Below, in pieces: positions 35,461 through 46,571 of a DNA stretch of 64,000 bases. The first letter of the stretch is position 1, and each line of letters begins with the position of its first letter. The position numbers and the translations under genes were made by a program. The DNA lies in the NCBI GenBank assembly GCA_977030845.1, contig OZ365109.1, forward strand, positions 15,004,001 to 15,068,000. Direction: 5' to 3'. The notes below the pieces were generated by a model. The model made no database searches, had not been told where the DNA came from, and worked only from the letters and a program-made list of their open reading frames with translations. The DNA comes from Fimbriosthenelais zetlandica. Lineage: Eukaryota.

Positions 35461-38400
35461 ATGCCGGCGAAAAAGAAAGTGACAGGAGGAGGCACGCCAA
35501 AGAAGAACAAGGGAACCAAAAAATGGCGGCGGAGAGGTAGCTTCCAGTTAGAGGATGTACCAGTTAAAACAAGCCTCCCTCCAAAAGTCGATGGCCAGCT
35601 CCGATGTCATCTCCGTGTTTCAGTCACTCAGATTTTATGGAATGTGGGTAATGCTCCTGACTACACCCAGGTGCGCCTTATCTGGTGGGGCGAGGAAGGA
35701 AATGGCGCTATATTCAGGCCTGTGGATGTTAAAAGGGGTGAGAAAAAGGGTCCTATGCATAACACCATTGCTCGTTACCCAGTCAGATGTGGCATGAGAC
35801 AATTGGCTTCATATTTTACAGACATGGGAAATGTAACATTGGATATTCTCAGTGGTCGTCATAGTATAGTTGTTGGTCGGGCTCAAGTTGAGGGTTTGTC
35901 AGCCCTAAAGCCAAATCAACCCATAAACGGCTTCTTTCCAATTTTCTCTGCGGATGATGAAAAAGTTGGAGAATTGCAAGTAACGATCATTTTGGAACCC
36001 CTCATTGCGACAGACGACAGTATGTCCTCAGTGCCTACTCCTGACATGAGCCTACAAATGAGGGAAAGTTTCAGTGAAGCCCAGCCCATCAACCAGCCAC
36101 ACATCGTCCCCACCCCCGCACCCCCACCCATCTACAGTACTATAGAGGATCCTTTCAGATCACCCACTGCAAACCGGACAAGGACTACCCCTCAAGGAGT
36201 GGATAGTATGATATTTAATCGCCCTGTAAACCGGGTTAATGATAGTGGTTTCTCCTACCCCAGCACTGGCCCATCATTCCCTCAAAGTTCAGCGGAGGAG
36301 GCGAGGCCCAGTGCGATCCACAGCCTGGAAACACTGAAGGGTTCCGGAGCTGCTGCTGCTGGAGGCAGTCAATTTAATCTAAACACTGAATTGTCATCCG
36401 GGGGTTTCACTGGTGTTGATAGGGAACAGGCATATGCCACGTTGGCAGATATGACAAAGAAAGTTGAAAAAGATTTGAGGAGTACCTTCAGCAGTGGTGG
36501 CAGTAATCTAGTGTCTGAGTTGTTGGAGAGGGGTGAGAAACTGCGAAAAGCTATGATTGTCTCAACGATTCAACCCACCCCGACTAATAAAAGACCAATT
36601 ATAACTGATACAGCAACAACCCCATCACGGGTTGTAACATCACTTGACTTTTCAAAACACCTCACAGGCGATTCTGGACCAACTAGCTACATCTCTGGTT
36701 CACACATTCCGAATGATTTGCCTGATAATAATGAGCATTACAAGATTGGTGGAGGTCTAGGCAGTGTGGGTGTTGGCATCAGAGCAGGGTATAACCCACT
36801 GGGTCTATCTGTTGACACCGATATTGGACCGGACACAATAAGCATGGTGTTAGGCGATGACGGTGATATTGAACAGAGCCAGTTGATGAACACCATGGGA
36901 AGTCCTACATCTAGCGTTTCTGATCTTGAGGTTAATAGTGATATGGATGACCCAATCCATGACGATGACATTCTTGCTGAATTATTCTACAAAAATCCAG
37001 ACACAGAAGACAGCGATATTTCTCTGAGCGATTGTGAAGCTGAGAAACCTAATAAATATCAGGGTTGTTCAGACTCCAATGTTTCTCTGCATGAACCGGG
37101 CAATAAGCGGCCACCATCCCGAGGTTCCCGATGTTCCTCAAGTTCCAGCCTTCACCTCGACATGGAACCAACCCGGGACGTGGAACCCGACCATCACATC
37201 ACTCCCCAAAAGAAAAAAAATAGAAAACACAGGAGGAAGAAAGGTGCGATTTCAGCTGATTCAACTGACCAGAGCGAAAATGAACTGAACAACACATCAT
37301 TGATATCCTCCACTAGAGATGATAGCAGATTTGACTCCAGTTTGAATTCAGGCAGGTCTTGTGTTGATGGTCTCAGTGTTGAGAGGCTGACCCTCCTAGG
37401 CCGTGTACATGTGGCCAGGGTGGTTATCGACAACCTAGCTCTCTCCCTCAGCCAACAAACCATCCCCACAGAGACAAAGGGAGGTGGGAAACATGGAAAA
37501 CCACCACGCCCTGTGAAAAAGGCCGGCACCTATTTTGTTGAGTACCAGTTTCCAGTTGTGGCAACAGCCCCCAGTGCTGTGGCAACAGAAGTGATGCGGG
37601 TTGCCTCTAAGAAAGTTACAGATGGATTGGTTTCCTTCGGGCATCGGTCAGTTTTTCCCGTGGTTTTTGATGGTGAAGTTATCAATAAATGGTGGAAGTC
37701 AGCTTTAGTGTTTAAAGTGTACAATCGCTCAAGCAACCAGAAGGTACCAACCATGCTGGGCATGTGCTCTGTCCCACTTAAATCAGTTCTGAAATCTGAG
37801 GCACTCTACTTGGAGCAGCAGCTCGAGATCATGGACAGGTCAAATACAAGTACTAGTAAGACATCCAGAAGTTCCAGACATCTCCTAGTTGGTCTCATAA
37901 AGCTCACCATTGAACTGGCCTCAGACAGTAAAGATTTTGCTAAGGCCCTGGCACGAACCCGGTTAGCAGAGATGACTAATGCTAAGATAGTGGCACTTCC
38001 TCAGGCACCGCTCGCCCAAAGTTCCCATGCTCCACCTGATCCACTGAAACGTCAAAGTGAAGCTAGATCAACATCAGAAACACAAACAGAACCGCAGCAC
38101 ACCAATCTAGATGAGGTTCCTTCAGACATGCCTTTAAGTTCTATCAAAGGTATACCGCCAACGACAGGGTACCAAACTCACGGCTCAACTGCTATAACAT
38201 GTGATAAGTTTGTGGAACCATCAGAATTGCCTATTCTACACACCTATCTGAGCATACCTGAAGGGGAAAACATAACATTCCATGGTGTCAAGTACACACA
38301 ACATGGGGAAACATTAACACAGATTCCCAAGTCCTTCACTGATTGTCAGGGTCATGACATGAGGGCGAGAAATCTCTATCTTGTCTGCCGTATGTTCTGG

Positions 38401-41400
38401 CTTGATGATGCAGTTCGCTCTAACATCTGCTGGGGAACCATTGACCCAGAGTTCAAGTTTAATCAAGTCACCCCAGTGCTGCTCTCAGCACCATTGCTGG
38501 AGAGATTAAGGAATAACTTTGTCATTGTTGAAGTATGGGATAAGAAAGCATCTGAGAGTGACCAGATTGTGGGAATAGTTAAACTACCGCTCCACCAGTT
38601 CTACATGTCCTACAGACACAAGCAGATAGCCACCACTCTGCTCAACTCCCAATATCCTGTCATATCAGTGGATACAGCCATGCCTATCCTCAATCCATTC
38701 ACAGGTGCTACACATGGGAAAATCAAAGTTCTTCTGGCCATGGGTTCACACGAACAGGTCTGCCACTTACAACATCTGAAGGAAGATGGACAACCTGATG
38801 CTAAGCCCCCAGAGAGACCACTAGAATACAGGGAGAGAAAAGATCTTCTTGTGGATCCCTGTCAAAACCAAGCACCTGATTCAGGAGTTGAAAATATTGA
38901 ACACATGTTCGAAGTGTGTGTGGAAGGTGTTCGTGGTTTGAAGCTGATGGACACTATGATGTGGGGAGAAGCTGATTGTTATATACAGTATCATTTCCCT
39001 TCACAGGCACAGACTCAGACTAACCAGGGACCAGCACTCGTACATGGTTTGAGTTTGAGGGCCTTCCGTACAGCCACCACATTATGTGTACCAGATCCTG
39101 TCTTCAATAATGTAACAAAACATCAGATTATGATGCCTGAGCGCATCCCTGTCCAAAGGGAGCTACTCGCGGCATGTGCAGGAGTCGGCAGTGGACCGGG
39201 TGGTGTACCATTTGAAGTGTGGTTCAGATACTACCACCCTAACACCCGTGATCAGCTAGTGGCTAAAGGAACCTTGCCTCTTGCCAAACTTTGTGCCATG
39301 GTGACCATGAAGCAGAAAGGTGAAGTGAGCACACAGACGTTCACTCTGCCGCTCACTCATATTGGTGATGAGGATGTAGGCTCGGGAATTACAGGCCATA
39401 TTGATGTGATTATCAACTACTATACTTACCTCACCAAGTCAGAGGTACCCCAGCCGACAGAGGTGTGTGAGGAAACTGAGGAACAGCCTGCGACTAGGTC
39501 TCCCATCAAGGATCGGTCTTTATCTATAACCATTAAGTCTCCTATCAAGGAACGACCATTATCTCCCACAATTAGGTCTCCTGTCAGAGTCACCTCTCCC
39601 ATGACAATCCAAGTACTAGACACATTCAGAGTCCATATATCAGTAGAACGGGCCTATCATCTTGCTCATGTCAAAGACAGAAATACTGGTTTGGAAGTGC
39701 CACCCAATAGCTATGTCAGTTATCAAAGTGCCGATCAAGAAGGACCATTGTATACCTGTCTTGTAGAAGGAAATGACAGTCCCATGTGGTGCTATGAACA
39801 TGATACAATACTTGAGAAGAGTGTGTTGACTCAGGAGAATAAGAATCTTGTATTCAAGGCTTGGCATAAACCAATGGGTCCCAGTCGAGAGCCAGACAAG
39901 TCAACTGATAAGGTGTTGGGTTTTGTATCGGTAGATCTGGCCCCTCTCACTTCAGGATTCAGTCAGATTGCAGGCTGGTACAACATAATTGACTTCCACG
40001 GTCTGTGTCAGGGTCAGATTAAGATTTCAGTCACCCCTCTAGATGCTGTTTGTGATGAGGTACAGAGTGTGGGCCTGCCTCAGTCATCAGTACTCGGGGG
40101 ACCTGGCTTTGCTATGCCCAGCGTTTCCTCACAGCTTGGTGTCAGCAATCTGGATCCAGAATCACAAGGTGTGCTGGCTCGCTTTTCCCAGCATTACGAG
40201 AATGTTAAAAACTTCCATGAGTCTCTGGCGGCTTCCATTCATGGGCTTAGCCGACCCGTCCAGAAATCTACTGATGATGAGATACCACCACAATCGAGAT
40301 CTACACTCTTCAGGAGTCTGAGGTCGAACATAGCTGAGCTGGACACCTTAACTAATAAGCTCAAGAAGCGTCTAGAGCCAAACTCATCCATAAACCCTCC
40401 ACCCATCCCCAGCCAGCCAAACATAGCTTCAAATGACACTTTCAATGACAAGCCTCAGTCCCACTGTACAGATGCAGAGACTTCAGCTCTCACCAACTCC
40501 CAACACCTGCTTCCCCTTCCCAATGACATCCCTACCAGTAGCAATGATGAAATGTACCATAATCCCAAGGAGGACCCCAGAACTTCAACTGCAAGAGCCC
40601 AAGGCAAACAAGCCACATCTCTATTGAACTTTGTCCATACAAATGTCGGGGGTATTTGGATAGAGAAACACCATGTTCAAGACAAAGAATATCCTGAGGC
40701 AGATCCCAGAGGTGGTATACGGAGTGCGATGGCGTTGTTTGACACCTATGGCTCTGAGCAGCACATTCAGCATGGGGACAGTGATGAGGACTATGTTGGT
40801 GGTGGTTTAGGTTATGGTGATGACGAGGATAACCTTGATAATGATCAGATGTTGGTTATCCCGCGTCCTATCAATGACGTATCTAATGTTAACTTTAACA
40901 ACATGGCTCCTCTTGGTCAAGGTCAAAACACAACCCAGGATGAAGAAGCAAGTTGGTGTGTTCCTCTTTCACCGAAGGCACAACAACATCATGAAGAATT
41001 CCTCCCTTCCAGCGATGAAGCAAAAGCACATGATGAACAAGAATTTGAGATTGATCTGGGAGGAACTGCCTCCACATTTGGTGTCACGGGGACTAGCTTG
41101 GGAACGATGGAAGGGGTCAGTGCGTATGATCATATCCTAATGGGTGACAACTTCAACAACACAAGTGAACCAGATCCAAATTTTGAAGACAGCTGGGCTA
41201 CTTCTGATCCATATGTTATTCGTGAATATGGAAGTGGCATCATAAATGAAAGAAAGAATGAAGTGGGGGAAAGGGCGCAGGAATGTGATGAAGATGAAAA
41301 AATTCTAGAAGAATCTCTTCATGGAATTCCCCAACTTACCACAAATCAGGAGGAAGAGGTGGATTCAGAGAAGTCTCTCGAGGACCCATATAGTTTATTG

Positions 41401-42045
41401 ATTCACCCGCCTGTCATCAGTCTAAACAAAGAGGTGGATTCAGAATTAGAGAATTCCATAGAGGCAGACCTTACAAGTGAGGAAGAGGGCACTTACTCTC
41501 TATCTGAAGGCAGCAGAGCGTACAGACTGGGATCGAGCGGATCATACAAATCTGCTGATACAAGCCAACCCCAGTCTGACTGGGACAAGGGAGTTATGGA
41601 AGAAAACAACAATTCAAGGTTGCTCGAACACATGGACGATCTTACTTTAAATGACCATAATGATATCACAGTAGAGAGTTCAACTCTACAGGAACCGGTA
41701 ACAGACACGGGAAACGAGACGACAAAATGGGATATGAACGATACCCCTGCTCTAAGTGACCATACTCATGACCTATCTCAAGTCTCTGAATTTGGTCAAG
41801 GCGAGAGAAAAACTGATGGAGCTTCAGAGACTAAAGAAAGGAGAGAACGGATGATGAGGAGGGTGCTATATGAAGCTAATAGCTGGAGTGATTGTGAAGC
41901 TACCCATGTAGATACAGGTTTAGACCTCTTGAACTTCACAGCTCGGTTCATGGGTTCCTCCTCTGCCAGAACACGGCCTTTACCCGGCTCTCAACACACT
42001 GAGCGTATTGCCAAGATATTCTCATCCAAGTACACTAATAAATAA
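35461..42045 (+). CDS. C2CD3: C2 domain-containing protein 3 (centriole elongation/ciliogenesis), 2194 aa in a single coding exon
   Basis: One uninterrupted ORF with C2CD3 motifs from end to end: TSLPPKVDGQLRCHLRV, RYPVRCG..YFTDM, DGLSVERLTLLGR, TYFVEYQFP, LLERLRNNFVIVEVWDK, PLHQFYMSY, WGEADCYIQYHFP, RDQLVAKGTLPL, GWYNIIDFHGLCQGQIK, C-terminal ERIAKIFSS. Confidence 0.96.
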   Translation: MPAKKKVTGGGTPKKNKGTKKWRRRGSFQLEDVPVKTSLPPKVDGQLRCHLRVSVTQILWNVGNAPDYTQVRLIWWGEEGNGAIFRPVDVKRGEKKGPMHNTIARYPVRCGMRQLASYFTDMGNVTLDILSGRHSIVVGRAQVEGLSALKPNQPINGFFPIFSADDEKVGELQVTIILEPLIATDDSMSSVPTPDMSLQMRESFSEAQPINQPHIVPTPAPPPIYSTIEDPFRSPTANRTRTTPQGVDSMIFNRPVNRVNDSGFSYPSTGPSFPQSSAEEARPSAIHSLETLKGSGAAAAGGSQFNLNTELSSGGFTGVDREQAYATLADMTKKVEKDLRSTFSSGGSNLVSELLERGEKLRKAMIVSTIQPTPTNKRPIITDTATTPSRVVTSLDFSKHLTGDSGPTSYISGSHIPNDLPDNNEHYKIGGGLGSVGVGIRAGYNPLGLSVDTDIGPDTISMVLGDDGDIEQSQLMNTMGSPTSSVSDLEVNSDMDDPIHDDDILAELFYKNPDTEDSDISLSDCEAEKPNKYQGCSDSNVSLHEPGNKRPPSRGSRCSSSSSLHLDMEPTRDVEPDHHITPQKKKNRKHRRKKGAISADSTDQSENELNNTSLISSTRDDSRFDSSLNSGRSCVDGLSVERLTLLGRVHVARVVIDNLALSLSQQTIPTETKGGGKHGKPPRPVKKAGTYFVEYQFPVVATAPSAVATEVMRVASKKVTDGLVSFGHRSVFPVVFDGEVINKWWKSALVFKVYNRSSNQKVPTMLGMCSVPLKSVLKSEALYLEQQLEIMDRSNTSTSKTSRSSRHLLVGLIKLTIELASDSKDFAKALARTRLAEMTNAKIVALPQAPLAQSSHAPPDPLKRQSEARSTSETQTEPQHTNLDEVPSDMPLSSIKGIPPTTGYQTHGSTAITCDKFVEPSELPILHTYLSIPEGENITFHGVKYTQHGETLTQIPKSFTDCQGHDMRARNLYLVCRMFWLDDAVRSNICWGTIDPEFKFNQVTPVLLSAPLLERLRNNFVIVEVWDKKASESDQIVGIVKLPLHQFYMSYRHKQIATTLLNSQYPVISVDTAMPILNPFTGATHGKIKVLLAMGSHEQVCHLQHLKEDGQPDAKPPERPLEYRERKDLLVDPCQNQAPDSGVENIEHMFEVCVEGVRGLKLMDTMMWGEADCYIQYHFPSQAQTQTNQGPALVHGLSLRAFRTATTLCVPDPVFNNVTKHQIMMPERIPVQRELLAACAGVGSGPGGVPFEVWFRYYHPNTRDQLVAKGTLPLAKLCAMVTMKQKGEVSTQTFTLPLTHIGDEDVGSGITGHIDVIINYYTYLTKSEVPQPTEVCEETEEQPATRSPIKDRSLSITIKSPIKERPLSPTIRSPVRVTSPMTIQVLDTFRVHISVERAYHLAHVKDRNTGLEVPPNSYVSYQSADQEGPLYTCLVEGNDSPMWCYEHDTILEKSVLTQENKNLVFKAWHKPMGPSREPDKSTDKVLGFVSVDLAPLTSGFSQIAGWYNIIDFHGLCQGQIKISVTPLDAVCDEVQSVGLPQSSVLGGPGFAMPSVSSQLGVSNLDPESQGVLARFSQHYENVKNFHESLAASIHGLSRPVQKSTDDEIPPQSRSTLFRSLRSNIAELDTLTNKLKKRLEPNSSINPPPIPSQPNIASNDTFNDKPQSHCTDAETSALTNSQHLLPLPNDIPTSSNDEMYHNPKEDPRTSTARAQGKQATSLLNFVHTNVGGIWIEKHHVQDKEYPEADPRGGIRSAMALFDTYGSEQHIQHGDSDEDYVGGGLGYGDDEDNLDNDQMLVIPRPINDVSNVNFNNMAPLGQGQNTTQDEEASWCVPLSPKAQQHHEEFLPSSDEAKAHDEQEFEIDLGGTASTFGVTGTSLGTMEGVSAYDHILMGDNFNNTSEPDPNFEDSWATSDPYVIREYGSGIINERKNEVGERAQECDEDEKILEESLHGIPQLTTNQEEEVDSEKSLEDPYSLLIHPPVISLNKEVDSELENSIEADLTSEEEGTYSLSEGSRAYRLGSSGSYKSADTSQPQSDWDKGVMEENNNSRLLEHMDDLTLNDHNDITVESSTLQEPVTDTGNETTKWDMNDTPALSDHTHDLSQVSEFGQGERKTDGASETKERRERMMRRVLYEANSWSDCEATHVDTGLDLLNFTARFMGSSSARTRPLPGSQHTERIAKIFSSKYTNK

Positions 42046-42708
42046 CACTTCGTCCTCCTCCAACTACCTTGTATATAAATTTAGTGGCATGTGGTGATAC
42101 TCAGAAAATGTTGGGGAAATATATTTTCGACAAAAAAAGCAGTTTATTGCACGATGACTTGAATTTGAACTTGACTTTATATTGGTGTTGTATATTTATA
42201 ATTGGTGTTATATATTCAATTTCATAGTTAATTTAGTATAGCCAGAAAGAATTCCGTCCAGACCTACCCATTTGGGGTTCCATTACTCACTATAACATGT
42301 TCTATTTTTTCGGTGCTAACTATGGAAAATTACTCATATAACATGTACAGTGTAACCATTATAAAGAAAATAGAATATCTATGAAAAGATTGTAAAATAT
42401 GACGTGGTAGATGATGTTTTTGATGCAAAACTTGTGAACATTAGATATTATTGCTGTTTCCTAAACCTTTACAGTATGATTCTCATTGCTAACCAAGATA
42501 ACATTCCTACAATGAAATTATTTTTCAATTCCAGATATTGATTTCCATGTAAGAGAAACGTAGCAGAGTATATATCATTACTTGACCATACTTGGCAGTA
42601 AACTCAGTACTTGAGTGGAATTATAGATTGTTCATTACATGTGGACAAAACGTCCAATGCTTCTAGCTGCTGTTACTTTAGCCACTTAGGGAAATAAACG
42701 GATAAAAA

Positions 42709-43515
42709 ATGTCTGAAAAAGCGGATGATGTTGTCGTTGTGCCGCAGAACTTTGACGAACTGCTGGTCGAACAAGTGAAAATAAACCCAGTCATATACAA
42801 CACAACCGACAGAAATTTCAAAAGCACAGATAAAAAGGAGGAAGCGTGGCAAGCCATCGCCGTTTGTCTTTCTGTGCCGTTTGACTATTGTGCCCAAAGA
42901 TGGCGGACCATTCGAGAACGTTATGTGAAGAAAAAGAAGCACATAGCTGAGAACTCGGAAGACGTTAAACGAGTTCTCGATCAGTGGTCATTGTTCCAGA
43001 CTCTTGAATTTCTGGATCCCTACATTTCTCATAGGAAGCGGCCTGTACAATGTACATACGGTCGGGGTGCGACCAATGGTGAAGTCAAAGCTGAAGACTC
43101 AGGCTCAGACGCCGTCAGCTCACCTTCTACCTCCTATGTACTTGGTCACGCCTCTGACAAGATCAAAAAGAGAGTCCAAGACTTGGTGAGCCGCAGACAA
43201 TTTTCCTTTAATGATAAAAAGAAGAATTTAAAAAGGCTCCAAGGTCATCAGAGAGAGGATATTAATTTATCACTCCTAAAGGCTGTAGCCTCGGCTAAAA
43301 ATCCAGAGGACGATGACGAGGAGGCACACTTTGGAAAGATAGTAGCCGCCTCTCTCCGACGGTTGCACCCTCGACAAAGGGCACAAACTAAATTAGTGAT
43401 TTATCAAATTTTAGTGGACACAGAATTTCCCCCACATGCAGCCGGTGATGGATCTGAACTTCAAGTGATATATACCGACAGTATCAAACAAGAACCCGAT
43501 CCTGAAACACAATAG
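42709..43515 (+). CDS. MADF (Myb/SANT-like, Adf-1 type) DNA-binding protein with C-terminal BESS motif, 268 aa, intronless CDS
   Basis: LVEQVKINPVIYNTTDRNFK..KKEEAWQAIA...CAQRWRTIRERYVK...WSLFQTLEFLDPYI matches the MADF pattern; DDEEAHFGKIVAASLRRLHPRQRAQTKLVIYQILVDTEF matches the BESS pattern. Confidence 0.88.
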   Translation: MSEKADDVVVVPQNFDELLVEQVKINPVIYNTTDRNFKSTDKKEEAWQAIAVCLSVPFDYCAQRWRTIRERYVKKKKHIAENSEDVKRVLDQWSLFQTLEFLDPYISHRKRPVQCTYGRGATNGEVKAEDSGSDAVSSPSTSYVLGHASDKIKKRVQDLVSRRQFSFNDKKKNLKRLQGHQREDINLSLLKAVASAKNPEDDDEEAHFGKIVAASLRRLHPRQRAQTKLVIYQILVDTEFPPHAAGDGSELQVIYTDSIKQEPDPETQ

Positions 43516-44318
43516 TGTAAAGTAACTCTTGCTGGATTATATGAATTTAGTTATGTTAGTTTATATATTGGTTTAGATCTTCGGTGGAGATGGGTTTATA
43601 ATGCATGTATGGTTAGGATAAAATGACATGTACAATGAAAGAATGTTACGTTCAACTTGATTTGGATGTATATAATTATGCTTGAATGAAATGATCATCC
43701 CAGAACTTTTCTTTGTCTAAGTAACAGAAAATGGTGGTGGTATACTTAGCTTAAATCTGGATGTAAAGAAATATATTTATTGTTATGAGAAAGATTTGTT
43801 GTTATATTGATCCAGGTGCCAACATGAAATTTTATATTATCTGGTGCCATTCTCATTTAAATATATTTGAATATTGTAATTCCTTCATTAATGATGAAAT
43901 GATCAAAAAAGGGAATTTGTTATTATAAATTGGGTTGTCAAGAAATTAATACGTGAAAAGCTACAAGAATATCACATGGATCCTGAATTACTGCCAAGCT
44001 TAGATTCACCGCCATGCTCCCTGCTAATACAAAAGGAGGAGGGTCAAGATTCTCCAGGCTTCAAAGGTAGTAATCAGTTGATGTTAGACATATCCTGCTT
44101 ATTTTATTCCTATTTTGGTATCACTTGCATGTTACAACAGAATTTCATTGTATTTAAAATTTATGAAATATTCTCTGCTGCGTTTCTCAAAACTTAGCGG
44201 TGTTCACGTTTTGATGTAGGCCTAAAAGTTTTCTTATGTTTTCATTTTATTTTTCCTGTAGGTGGACGCGCCCCATTCGGCCCTCTTAATCTTTAGTGAC
44301 AAGATTCAATCAGGCGTC

Positions 44319-46571
44319 ATGGCTCGCCCTCTAAATATCAACAGGAAATCGTACCTGATTCAGCTCGTTCACCATCATCTCTATCCCCATGGGAGAATGG
44401 TTCGCAATACTATCCACACCTCAGCTCTACGATTTACCTACAAGATGTCTGACAGTCTCCGCGATTGCTACCAGCTTCTGGGCGTTGATAAGGATGCTGA
44501 TGACGAGGAACTAAAACAGGCCTACATGAAGCTCGCCAAAGAGTACCATCCAGATAGTGCTTCAGTGACTGCTGATACTAACAAATTCAACCAACTTCAG
44601 GAAGCCTACCGAACTGTCAAGGTAAACTCCTTCGTGTTTATAACCAAAAATAAGTACTTATTCAAAAACATTGTATTTATATCGTATCTGATATTGCCAT
44701 CAGCTTCTGCATATAACATTAGGCTTCCAAACCAAGTTTCATTCTCCCCTGCCATGAAAAATGAAGGCCCGTAAATGGTACTCCATAGGTAGGCCTACCG
44801 GTACTCCTTCTCTATGCTTCACTCGCTTGGTTATTTCTACACTTCCACCTTAGGGGAGAACGTTTGGCCGTATTAAAAAATATGAACCTTTGGGTATATC
44901 GCTGTATAAACATCCTAAATAAAAAAAATAAAAAATTATGAGCATATGATTACTTTCACCGGTGTCGCACAGAATAGGTAGTGAGATTGTTTTTTTTTGT
45001 TTTCCAGGCCCACCGTATAGATGCCGAAGCGAGGATGACTAAAGCACTATCTGCTATGGCGGTGGAGGAAGATGATGACCCAGGCTACAAACATAAAGCT
45101 CCTCAGCACCGTCAGTTCTTAAGCAACGAGGTATGTACCGGGTATTTTATTCCAATTAAATTAGGCTGGAATTGTCTGCAATAATAATAATGGTTCCCAC
45201 TTTCTTGGCCTCACAAAAGTCCCGGAATTTTCCCGGACGTTTTGAGTTTATTCCCGGACCAAGAGCAAAAGCTCGTCGTCCACATAGGCCATAGAACTGC
45301 AATTTCCCCGGACTTTTCCCGGTTTTACACAATTTTAAAGAAATTCCAGGATTTTCCCAGCCCGGGAGATATATTATTTTAAAAAAATCCCAGACTTCCC
45401 ACATTCGAGTTTTTGATCGACATCTAAGTCCATGTGACGGAGAAGAATCGATCATGACCATTGATGTCATAAATTATGAGAGGATAAGATTAAATAAATA
45501 GGAACTCTTCCCGTTTCAGGGTGTTGGTTATGGTTCACCATCACAAAGACAGCGTCAGTACCAGGAACACAAAGCTGCACGAGCAGCAGAGGCTGTGGCT
45601 AACAAGAGAATCTCAGTCATTCAAAGTCAGTATGAAGATGCTCTTTTGGTGCAAGACAAGAAATCCACACAGAAAAGGACCACAAGGTAGGACATTGGCT
45701 TTGTTAAATATTCTTCACAACCAATTTGATATAAGACTCTTATGAATCTTACTTCTAATCAGTACCAATTTATAAGTTCATTGACTGTTACCACTGTTTC
45801 AGGAGTGGGATGGAGCGACTGGTAGAAGACTTGATACAGGAATCGATGGCTCGAGGGGAATTTGATAACTTACCAGGTGAAGGCAAGCCATTAGAGAACC
45901 AGTCCGGCACGCCCAAACCAGTAGATGACCTCACATACCACCTCAACAAGATTGTCATCGACCAGGGCTTTGCTCCTGAATGGGTTCGATTGACCGGTGA
46001 AATTAGGTAAATGAAAATTCTTAATCTAGATTTGAGTGAAAAATTAACCGGTAAAACGTGATACAACAGTTTGAATATTTGAAGAATTGGCCTAAGCCTT
46101 AAGCGTTCATGGAATTCCCAGATTACATTGATTTCAGGGGATAAGTATCCATAATAGATTCTGGAATAATAATATAATATTCTATTATTCCTAACTAATA
46201 TATTTTTCTTTTTCAGCAAAGACTTCACCAAGACAAGAGATGAGCTTAGGGCAGCCAGAATGCGGGCCGGTCCAGAACCAGTCTCCTCGGCAAATAACAA
46301 AGCATGGGAGAAGGCAGTTGGTGAATTCAAAGATAAAATGCTTGAAGTCAATAAGAAAATAGATAGACTGAATATGTTGGCTCCGTCCATGTACCAGCAG
46401 CAGGTTCGCTTCAACATTAACAAAGAACTAGAGAAAGTTAATCAATGGTATAAGGATGATGTCAAAACTGGAGGTGAGCCGAAAGTAACCAAGGCAGAGG
46501 TCAAGGAGAAGGTGGAAAATCAAGATGCGAAGGGTAGTTTATGGCAGGGAATCAAAGGATTTTTTACATAA
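44319..46571 (+). CDS. DNAJC28: DnaJ homolog subfamily C member 28 (J domain + DUF1992), 383 aa
   Basis: Exons 44319-44621, 45008-45130, 45520-45686, 45803-46006, 46217-46571, phase-consistent. J domain CYQLLG...AKEYHPD; HKAPQHRQFLSNEGVGYGSPSQRQRQY; ERLVEDLIQESMARGEFDNLPGEGKPL; GFAPEW. Basic N-terminal extension resembles a mitochondrial presequence. Confidence 0.93.
45195..45400. repeat. Unclassified repeat fragment in DNAJC28 intron 2
   Basis: Begins GGTTCCCAC and contains multiple TTTTCCCGG/TTTTCCCAG motifs reminiscent of family A; ends not defined. Confidence 0.35.

Noticed and set aside
35555-41708. Numerous short alternative-frame and antisense ORFs inside C2CD3
   Set aside because: Expected shadows of a long coding sequence.
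43976-44197. 73-aa ORF upstream of DNAJC28 as an extra coding exon
   Set aside because: Splicing from the donor at 44067 to the acceptor at 44261 is out of frame with DNAJC28 and stops after about 10 codons; at most a 5'-UTR exon or uORF.
44262-44774. ORF-track 170-aa product as the complete DNAJC28
   Set aside because: Starts at a GTG just after an acceptor and runs into intron 1; the likely start is ATG 44319 and the gene has four more exons.
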